Assembly (NCBI RefSeq): GCF_035561255.1
Contig: NZ_DATMXX010000086.1
Span: 1 to 58,320, forward strand
Source of the DNA: Sporomusa sp.
GTDB lineage: Bacteria; Bacillota; Negativicutes; Sporomusales; Sporomusaceae
Direction of reading: 5' to 3'
DNA: 58,320 nt
A program made the position numbers and the translations under genes. Shown piece after piece: positions 51,003 to 58,320 of the stretch. The notes below the pieces were generated by a model. The model saw only the letters and a list, made by a program, of their open reading frames with translations, made no database searches and was not told where the DNA came from. Position 1 is the first letter of the stretch. Each line of letters opens with the position of its first letter.

Positions 51003-51476
51003 ATGGAAATAGCCAAGAATGACTTTCTCCAAAACTGCCTCTCCCGGGCCGTTATTGAGGTAATTGGTACAATCGCGGGCGTTGACTTTGTCCGGCATCC
51101 GGAAAGTACTCCCAAACAGCATAATAATTCAGGCGGACTGACCGGTGCTATGCTGGTTCACGGCGAAAGAAATGCGCTGCTTTCCATCACTCTGTCTAAG
51201 GGCGATGCCGCCGCTATCGTATCTGCTATGACTGGTGTAAATCAGTCAGGGCTGTCAGAGGCCGATTTATACGATGGTGTTGCGGAAATGGCAAATATGG
51301 TTGCCGGCAGGGCAAAAGCATTACTGGCGGGAACCGGTTATCACTATGCGATTACGGCTCCTTTTACTATAGTTGGTGAAAAACATTTTATAGTGTATAA
51401 GAAGCAGGCAGCGCAGGTCTCTATGAGCTTTACTGCCGGTGAAATGGTAATCCAGTTAGGGTTGGCTTATGTATAA
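51003..51476 (+). CDS. cheX: CheX phosphatase
   Basis: DGVAEMANMVAGRAK (ExxN motif), ITAP. Confidence 0.85.
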   Translation: MEIAKNDFLQNCLSRAVIEVIGTIAGVDFVRHPESTPKQHNNSGGLTGAMLVHGERNALLSITLSKGDAAAIVSAMTGVNQSGLSEADLYDGVAEMANMVAGRAKALLAGTGYHYAITAPFTIVGEKHFIVYKKQAAQVSMSFTAGEMVIQLGLAYV

Positions 51477-51488
51477 CAGACAGAATAT

Positions 51489-51532
51489 AAAAAGCACGAT
51501 TGAGCGGCTGCGGCTGGTCAACGTGCTTTTTT
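51489..51532 (+). terminator. Terminator after the che cluster
   Basis: AAAAAGCACG...CGTGCTTTTT. Confidence 0.65.
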
Positions 51533-51710
51533 CTATTTCTGCAATATAAATGCTCAGAATCCTGAAAGTCTGTATGAATGCCTGGATAGCTTGGAATTAT
51601 ATGAAAGTAACGCTTTCTTAGTGCGTTCTAACTGGCTTATCAGCAAGTACTGCTAATTGCCAATAGGATTAAAGACAAGAATTGGAGTCTTAGAAGGGGG
51701 TCATATAACC

Positions 51711-54062
51711 TTGAGACATATTCGAAAAATGTTTGTACGCACCTTCATTGCCAATTCCTTTAACCGTGACCTGGTGGTGCTTGTTATTATCAGTGTAGCT
51801 ATCGGGTCATTTTTAGGAAGTTTAGTATCAAGGGCTGCTAACTCATATTTTTCAGGAACCATTTCTACCCTTGTTGGCGATTACGGTGAGTTTGATGTTA
51901 TTATTAATATCCGCGAAGAAATGAAAGCAGAGGGACGGGCTCAAGCCGAAAAGATTCTAGCGCAGGTATATCCAGGTGCTAAATTAAAGGAGGGGCCGAC
52001 CTTAACCGGCTTAACCAGCTTTTTTGTTGGGCTTCCGGCTGAATATAAGACAAAACAAACCTATGAGGCGCTAGATACTACATTTGGCAGTGTTCCCGGC
52101 CGTTCCGGCATTAGTATTATGACTGAACCGCGTGTTACGGTTAAGGGCGTGCCGGAGGGGGCAAGAAACATTATTATTGAGCAGATAATGCAAATAGAAG
52201 GGGTGTTATTTGCCTTTCGGGACGGCGGCTCAGTAACAGTAATTGTAGCAACCCTGGATAAATCAGCTTATGTCAATGACGAGGTTGAGAAGCTGCTTAA
52301 GCAGTATCAGTTGATAGAGATTGCTTTTCCTGTTGGGAGTGAGCCGGAAAATCCGATTCGGTTGGGTGAACAAATTGCTGAGGGTATCCGGGCCGATAAA
52401 GCGATAGGTTTTGCAGAGAGTGTATCTGCCGACACCAAAAATAATGAAATGGTGTACCTGGTGAGTACCATGCTGGAGCTTAAGCGGTTTCTTTCAGCTT
52501 ATATCACGCAGGTCACTATTACCCCAGCTGCCGGCATTAAATTTACACCCGGCGATGTAATAGCCTTTCAGGGATCGGCCCCGAATGAACCGATAGCCGC
52601 TAATGTACCAGAGTCGGGAAATGTTCTGGTCCAAATAACTGAGGTTGGCGGCGATGGCTTGGCTAAAGGCATGATTACGCAGGGCGATGGTGCGCAAATG
52701 GCTAATAACCAGGGTTATGTAGTTATAAATAATACAGTAGGTGCTCAGGCCGGTATGGCGTCAATTCATAATCCGCGGCAGCAGTTAGGGAATGCCCTAA
52801 CTGAAACATCTAAACTTGTTGGGCAAATCCCGGGTTTTGCTGAGGATGCCCAGCAGATGACTACCGTTGCCAGCAGCGCCCTCAACAGCTACGGCAGCAG
52901 CCTTGCTGCCATTGAGCAAACCCTGGTAAGTCTGGAGGGGGCCGGGGCAACCATTCAGTCTGCGACTAGCGGTTTGGCTAATATTAACACCAGCGGCATT
53001 CAGGCCCAGCTTGATAATTCCTCGCGTGCTCTAGGCGGCCTTGTAGGGACTTTTCAAGTGATTAAGGTGATAAATCCTGATATTGCCACCTCAATTAATG
53101 AATTGACAACTACGCAGCAAAACCTGGATAACCTCCGTTCAGGCTTAAGCCAATTAGACAATGTGGCCGCCAATGCCCGTCAGGCGCGTTCGGCGATTGA
53201 TAATATAGTAGCCAACGGACATAATACTATAGCCACTTTACGTGCCTTTGACGTCGATAACGCCAGGCAGACGTTAAACAGTGCCAGTACCCATCTGGCT
53301 CAGGTTCAACAGTTTAATACTCCCTTGATTGCGACGCAATTACAGGTGCTGGGATCAGCTATTCCCAATCTGCGGGATGATGAAATTAGCCGCTCGATAC
53401 AGCTTCTGGATAAGGTTATTGCCGGACAGGTAAGCCCCAGTCAGCGAATTCAGATCTTAACAAATGGCAATATCAGCCCTGATTTTGTTGCACCTGTTAT
53501 CTATCGTGAAGTGGGGCATAGTAACCTCTCCTTGTATAAGTCCGAGCTGGGGGTTGTCGAGCCTGATCCCCGGGCTGAAGTTATGACAATTTTGACCCAG
53601 GTCAAAGCCATTCTTGCCGGTATGATTGCGCTCATTGCCGCAATCTTATTCTTAGTGCTTGACCATACGGCCATCATGTCGGTCATTCGCCGAAACCGCT
53701 CAGTGAATAAAGTGCAGGCTAAAGGGTGGCGCCGGTTTTTTCAAAGGTTAAAAAACACCCTCACTGCGCCTGAGTGTTTGTATGGTATGGCGATTGGCGC
53801 CACGCTGCTTACCGCTATGTTTATCCTGGCTGGCGGAGGCATTCCTTATCTGCCCTGGATTGGCGTACCGTTTCTGGGGGCCCTGTTTGGGCTGGTTGTA
53901 GCTAATAATACAGAAAAGATAAGTCCGGTTTCTATCGATGAGGTGACTGCGGGAGAAGCACTGGGATTGTCATTTGATGAAGTTATGCGGGAGATTGTTA
54001 TTCCCAATGGTCGCCCGGGCCTCTTGCAAAAACTTAACCGGCGGAAAATGAAATTTAAATAA
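51711..54062 (+). CDS. Uncharacterised membrane protein: N-terminal TM, large extracytoplasmic domain with coiled coil, three C-terminal TMs
   Basis: Long ORF with hydrophobic ends; AGGGGG SD before TTG 51711; no family recognised. Confidence 0.75.
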   Translation: MRHIRKMFVRTFIANSFNRDLVVLVIISVAIGSFLGSLVSRAANSYFSGTISTLVGDYGEFDVIINIREEMKAEGRAQAEKILAQVYPGAKLKEGPTLTGLTSFFVGLPAEYKTKQTYEALDTTFGSVPGRSGISIMTEPRVTVKGVPEGARNIIIEQIMQIEGVLFAFRDGGSVTVIVATLDKSAYVNDEVEKLLKQYQLIEIAFPVGSEPENPIRLGEQIAEGIRADKAIGFAESVSADTKNNEMVYLVSTMLELKRFLSAYITQVTITPAAGIKFTPGDVIAFQGSAPNEPIAANVPESGNVLVQITEVGGDGLAKGMITQGDGAQMANNQGYVVINNTVGAQAGMASIHNPRQQLGNALTETSKLVGQIPGFAEDAQQMTTVASSALNSYGSSLAAIEQTLVSLEGAGATIQSATSGLANINTSGIQAQLDNSSRALGGLVGTFQVIKVINPDIATSINELTTTQQNLDNLRSGLSQLDNVAANARQARSAIDNIVANGHNTIATLRAFDVDNARQTLNSASTHLAQVQQFNTPLIATQLQVLGSAIPNLRDDEISRSIQLLDKVIAGQVSPSQRIQILTNGNISPDFVAPVIYREVGHSNLSLYKSELGVVEPDPRAEVMTILTQVKAILAGMIALIAAILFLVLDHTAIMSVIRRNRSVNKVQAKGWRRFFQRLKNTLTAPECLYGMAIGATLLTAMFILAGGGIPYLPWIGVPFLGALFGLVVANNTEKISPVSIDEVTAGEALGLSFDEVMREIVIPNGRPGLLQKLNRRKMKFK

Positions 54063-54070
54063 GCGGAGAG

Positions 54071-54850
54071 ATGGGCATGCTTGTTATCCAAAATCTCTAT
54101 AAACAATTTGGTAGCCTGGTGGCTATAAATGATGTTAATCTTACTGTTAATAAAGGGAAGACAGTGGTGCTCATGGGGCCGTCAGGCTGTGGCAAGTCAA
54201 CCACTATTCGTGCGATTAACCGTCTGGTAGAGCCTGACCGTGGCTCGATCATGCTGAGTGGTGCTAATATCCTGACAATGCAACCTGATGAACTGCGTGA
54301 TATTCGTAAGCGCATCGGCTTTGTGTTTCAGCATTTTAATCTTATTAGCCGGTTAACCACCGCTGAGAATGTCATGTTAGGTCTGGTTATGAGCGGTATG
54401 AATAAAGAATTAGCCAGGGACAAAGCAGTTGAGTCCCTGAGTAAAGTTGGGTTGGAGAATCATCTGGAGCATCGGCCCAATGAATTATCCGGCGGACAGC
54501 AACAACGTGTTGGCATTGCCAGGGCTCTGGCTTATGAACCTGAGCTTATGCTCTGGGACGAGCCAACCGCTTCACTGGACCCAATCCTGGTGCGAGAGGT
54601 ATTGATTGTTATGGAGGAGCTAGCCCGCTATCGAGCCAGTACTATGCTTGTGGTAACCCATGAACTGCCTTTTGCCCTGCGTGTCGCCGATGAAATCGTC
54701 CTGATGGATGAAGGGTGCATTGTCGAGGTTGGTGTCCCCTCACAGGTTTTTGTTAATCCTGCTTCAGATATCGGGAAGAAATATAAAGAATTAATTGAAT
54801 ACCAAATGAATACCAGTGCCCAAAGCCTGTCGGGAAATCGCATTGAATAG
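54071..54850 (+). CDS. GlnQ-like ABC ATPase
   Basis: GPSGCGKST, VFQHFNL, LSGGQQQRVGIARAL, WDEPTASLDP. Confidence 0.9.
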   Translation: MGMLVIQNLYKQFGSLVAINDVNLTVNKGKTVVLMGPSGCGKSTTIRAINRLVEPDRGSIMLSGANILTMQPDELRDIRKRIGFVFQHFNLISRLTTAENVMLGLVMSGMNKELARDKAVESLSKVGLENHLEHRPNELSGGQQQRVGIARALAYEPELMLWDEPTASLDPILVREVLIVMEELARYRASTMLVVTHELPFALRVADEIVLMDEGCIVEVGVPSQVFVNPASDIGKKYKELIEYQMNTSAQSLSGNRIE

Positions 54851-54896
54851 GTAAAAAAGCACCATGAACAATTTAGTTCATGGTGCTTTTTTACCT
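54849..54896. terminator. Bidirectional terminator
   Basis: Perfect 21-bp inverted repeat AGGTAAAAAAGCACCATGAAC / GTTCATGGTGCTTTTTTACCT between convergent genes. Confidence 0.9.
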
Positions 54897-55538
54897 TTAA
54901 GAGGTTGGTGCTTCTAAATGAATGCTGCCTGCCGGTGCACCAAATAGGGTTTCTATTAGCTTCCCGGCAATCGCCAGCTTATTTTTTATGATTGTTGGGT
55001 CTGATTCATGCCCGAATTCTGTGGGCGAAGTGGCTTCCAGCAAGGCAGCTATAATACCGGCAAAGAAAGATAGGGTCTCGTCTATATGGATAACCTGGGT
55101 TACCCCTTCCTGATTGCCCTGTTCCAGAATGCTTTTAAACAGCGGGGCGGCAATTACCTGAAGTTGGCGCCAGACTTTGTTGATCAATTCACCCTGTTTT
55201 TCTTTATATAAAACGGTAGCAATCAGCCCTGGTTCACCAGAGTAACACAGTTTATAGAAATGACTGATAAGCAATTGTAATTTTTCCAAAACGGTTGCAT
55301 TTTCAAGATGACAAGACTGAATATGGGTTACCATATTTTTGGCATAACGGGCAAAGATGGCTTCAAGCAGGGCTTCTTTCGAAGGAAAGTAGTAATAAAA
55401 AGTACCTTGTGCTACATTAACTCTTTTGACAATATCCTGAACCGTAGTTTTTTCATAACCTGCAGACAGGAATAACTCCAGAGCTGTATCCATTAATTCA
55501 GCCTGGCGTACATGGGGATCTTTGGTAATTCTGGCAAT
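54897..55538 (-). CDS. TetR/AcrR-family regulator; probable start at ATT 55538
   Basis: GYEKTTVQDIVKRVNVAQGTFYYYFPSKE. The typical N-terminus (I)ARITKDPHVRQAEL lies in frame upstream of ATG 55493, after a GAGGTG SD. Confidence 0.88.
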   Translation of the reverse strand: MARITKDPHVRQAELMDTALELFLSAGYEKTTVQDIVKRVNVAQGTFYYYFPSKEALLEAIFARYAKNMVTHIQSCHLENATVLEKLQLLISHFYKLCYSGEPGLIATVLYKEKQGELINKVWRQLQVIAAPLFKSILEQGNQEGVTQVIHIDETLSFFAGIIAALLEATSPTEFGHESDPTIIKNKLAIAGKLIETLFGAPAGSIHLEAPTS

Positions 55539-55557
55539 CGGAAAACACCTCGCTTGT

Positions 55558-55606
55558 ACTGACTAATGTCAGTTTAAATTGTAAATTAAAACAATTCTGT
55601 TGTCAA
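55558..55606 (-). promoter_or_regulatory. tetR promoter and palindromic operator
   Basis: Minus strand TTGACA (55606-55601), 17 bp, TACAAT (55583-55578); ACTGAC-TAAT-GTCAGT at 55558-55573. Confidence 0.8.
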
Positions 55607-55662
55607 TGAGGCTTGCCATGAAAAACTTGTTTACTTCCCGATGGTTAACGGTAGTATATACC

Positions 55663-56439
55663 TTAAGCAGAGCAATGACAGGGGTGATAGGAGATTGCCA
55701 AATAACCGGTAGCTGAGTTTTTCTGAATCGTGCAGTCGATTTCATACACATCGCGAATCAATTGCGGGGTTATAATTTTGTTTGGCGGTCCGTAAGTAAC
55801 AATTGCTCCGTCTTTCATGACATACAACTTGTCACAATACATAGCCGCCAGGCTGAGATCATGCAAAGCGGCAAGTACGCCGATGCCAAGTGACTTTACT
55901 ATAGAAAGCAGTTGTAGCTGATATTTGATGTCCAAATGATTTGTCGGTTCATCCAGCACGAGTATCTGAGGTTGCTGGGTCAGGGCTCTGGCTAAGATTA
56001 CACGTTGCTTTTCGCCACCGGACAGGGTAGCAAAGCGGCGGTACACATAGTTTTCCATACCGACCTTATGAATGGCAGCCAGGGCAATTTCATAGTCTTC
56101 TGCCTTATCTGCTCCCAGAAAACCTTTATGAGGTGAGCGGCCGATAATGACCATTTCTAAGACACTAAGATCAAAGTTTAGATGATTAAACTGACCGACT
56201 ACCGCCATCTTTTTGGCCGAGTCTGTCAGTTTAACCTTCTTTAGGTCCATGCCGTCAAAAAGAATGGCACCACAGTCGGGTTTAATAACCCGGTAGATAG
56301 TGCGCAGCAGTGTCGATTTGCCGCTGCCGTTGGGACCGATAATTCCGATAAACTCACCATTTCTGGCATCAAGTGAAACCCCGCTGATGATGTTTTTATT
56401 ATCTAAGGTTACACCGATATTTTTTAGTGACAAATCCAT
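55663..56439 (-). CDS. FepC-like iron-chelate ABC ATPase
   Basis: [30 protein letters not shown]; GGAGGG SD before ATG 56439. Confidence 0.9.
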   Translation of the reverse strand: MDLSLKNIGVTLDNKNIISGVSLDARNGEFIGIIGPNGSGKSTLLRTIYRVIKPDCGAILFDGMDLKKVKLTDSAKKMAVVGQFNHLNFDLSVLEMVIIGRSPHKGFLGADKAEDYEIALAAIHKVGMENYVYRRFATLSGGEKQRVILARALTQQPQILVLDEPTNHLDIKYQLQLLSIVKSLGIGVLAALHDLSLAAMYCDKLYVMKDGAIVTYGPPNKIITPQLIRDVYEIDCTIQKNSATGYLAISYHPCHCSA

Positions 56440-56476
56440 TGCTATCCCTCCTGGTTGCGGGCGAAGCCCAATAAAA

Positions 56477-58204
56477 TTAAGATATTTGTGAGGCACACAA
56501 GCGGGCGTAAAGTCCGTTGGCTGCCAGTAATTCGTCATGACATCCCTGTTCTACAATCCGGGCATTATCCAAAACAATGATCTTGTCTGCCCGGCGAACT
56601 GTTGACAGACGATGGGCGATAACTACCAAAGTACGGTTTCCGGCCAAATGCTGAATTGCCTGTTGAATCCTTGTTTCCGCTTCCAGGTCGACTGAGGCAG
56701 TTGCTTCGTCCAGGATGAGGATTGGTGTGTCACGGAGCAACGCCCTGGCAATAGCCAGGCGTTGTTTTTGTCCGCCGGACAAAAGCACGCCACGTTCGCC
56801 AATCAGTGTATCGTAGCCTTTAGGAAGCGATATAATAAAATCGTGAATATATGCTTGTTTTGCGGCCCAAACAATCTCATCCCGGGTTGCCGCTTGTTTG
56901 CCATAGGCAATATTCTCGGCGATCGAATCGTTAAAGAGGAAAACATCCTGTGGCACAACACTTATCTGATCACGCAGCGAGGCAAGTGAGATATTGCGTA
57001 AATCTGTCCCGTCTAAGGTAACCTTACCTGCTTCCGGGTCGTAGAACCGGGTAATCAGCGCCGCCATGGTCGTTTTACCTACGCCTGTCGGGCCAACAAG
57101 GGCCACCATATTTCCTGCAGGTATATCAAAGGTAACATTATCTAATACCGGTGAATGCTGATCATAACAAAAGGTTACATTATGAAAGGCAAGATCGCCT
57201 GTTGTTGTTGCAAGTTTAACTGCATCCGGCTTATCCTGGATGTCAGGCTCTGCGTCCAGCAGGGCAAATACACGTTTTGCGCCAACTGCAGCCTGCAGAA
57301 GGCTGTCGACCGAGGCAACCAGGTTGGCGATCGGGGCATAAAAGAGGCTAAGGTACAGTAAGAAACGTACGATATCGCCAATACTCAGGAGACCGTCCAA
57401 CGCCATAATACCGCCGAAACCAACAACAATAACCGTTCCTATGGATAAAATACTTTCTACTGTCGGATGATAAAGTCCCCCTAACCAGACGACTCTCATA
57501 ACGGCATCCCGCCATTGATATGTTTGGTTGCTAAATATCCGGGAAGCACAGGCTTGCCTGCCAAATAGCTGGATTTCTTTTAAACCGGAGAGGTTATCCT
57601 GCAATACCGCGTTCATATCTCCTAACCGGGCCTGGTGATCGCTATAGGCAGGATAAATTCTTCTGGTGTAATAGAGACTGAAAACTACCATCAAGGGAAC
57701 AGGCACAAAGGTTAATAACGCCAGCCAGGGATTAATGAGCAACAGGAGTAGGGCGACCCCGAGGACAATCAGGACACTGCTCAGGATATTGGGAATAGCA
57801 TGAGCAATGAGCAGTTCGAACTGGGCAGTGTCATTCAGCACCTGACTCATGATCTGGCCTGTTTGTTTATCACTGTAAAAGCGCAGTGACAGCGTTTGCA
57901 GATGGTTATATACTTTAACCCGCATTTCCGCAACAATATTCCAGGCGGCGTAATGAGCCCAATAATCACTGGCCAGGCGAAAAACGGCCCTGATCAGATA
58001 CGTCCCTGACAGCAGATAGGCAAGGTGGCGGACGGTAGAAATATCAGTCTTACTGAAATTGCCTGTCAACAGATCAATAAGCTGGCTAATCAAACTGGGA
58101 CCGATTAGGTTTATGGCTGTATAGCCGACAATGCCGGCAACTGCACCGGTAAGCTGCCAATAGTATTTTTTTGCTTCATAAAGTAGTCGTATAATATATT
58201 CCAT
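56477..58204 (-). CDS. ABC-B type fused permease/ATPase
   Basis: Six TM segments, GPTGVGKTT, LSGGQKQR, ILDEATAS, IAHRLST. Confidence 0.92.
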   Translation of the reverse strand: MEYIIRLLYEAKKYYWQLTGAVAGIVGYTAINLIGPSLISQLIDLLTGNFSKTDISTVRHLAYLLSGTYLIRAVFRLASDYWAHYAAWNIVAEMRVKVYNHLQTLSLRFYSDKQTGQIMSQVLNDTAQFELLIAHAIPNILSSVLIVLGVALLLLLINPWLALLTFVPVPLMVVFSLYYTRRIYPAYSDHQARLGDMNAVLQDNLSGLKEIQLFGRQACASRIFSNQTYQWRDAVMRVVWLGGLYHPTVESILSIGTVIVVGFGGIMALDGLLSIGDIVRFLLYLSLFYAPIANLVASVDSLLQAAVGAKRVFALLDAEPDIQDKPDAVKLATTTGDLAFHNVTFCYDQHSPVLDNVTFDIPAGNMVALVGPTGVGKTTMAALITRFYDPEAGKVTLDGTDLRNISLASLRDQISVVPQDVFLFNDSIAENIAYGKQAATRDEIVWAAKQAYIHDFIISLPKGYDTLIGERGVLLSGGQKQRLAIARALLRDTPILILDEATASVDLEAETRIQQAIQHLAGNRTLVVIAHRLSTVRRADKIIVLDNARIVEQGCHDELLAANGLYARLCASQIS

Positions 58205-58297
58205 AAAATGTCTCTCCCTTTGCGTTTGAGCCTATGACGGCAATTACCTGGTTAATATGTAGTGAGTTTGCGAGATATCCTGGTTTTTAATTTCTTG

Positions 58298-58313
58298 ACT
58301 GACAACAGTCAGT
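58298..58313. promoter_or_regulatory. Second copy of the putative TetR operator
   Basis: ACTGAC-AACA-GTCAGT, upstream of the ABC-B gene. Confidence 0.75.
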
Positions 58314-58320
58314 AAAAGAT

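Overview
A chromosomal window of an anaerobic diderm Firmicute, probably Negativicutes/Sporomusaceae (inferred from an SLH-porin, a TonB remnant and Firmicute-type promoters). Contents in order: class II ribonucleotide reductase with tandem NrdR boxes; a molybdopterin oxidoreductase; a Fur-controlled, partly decayed heme/iron uptake locus; ung; a sigma-54-controlled acyl-CoA catabolic island (CoA-transferase III, two hydratases, acyl-CoA dehydrogenases, ferredoxin-fused EtfAB, soluble MCP, UroD/MtaA-family enzyme, porin); a D-cysteine desulfhydrase-family gene; c-di-GMP genes with a c-di-GMP-I riboswitch; cidR-lrgAB; a chemosensory cluster; ABC transporters and a TetR regulator. The most striking signal is at 4555-6196. 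Two phage Mu Com-like CxxC-CxxC zinc-ribbon proteins sit under divergent Fur-boxed promoters: one stand-alone, one fused to a signal-less paralog of the ABC substrate-binding protein. Three transcript leaders each carry a tandem GAGAGCC-N2/5-GAGCTCC motif whose second half-site is the 5' strand of a terminator-like hairpin. This suggests a Com-type RNA-binding antitermination system, possibly ligand-sensing, controlling heme/iron uptake. No searches or computations were run: all calls come from motif recognition in the sequence and the supplied translations.
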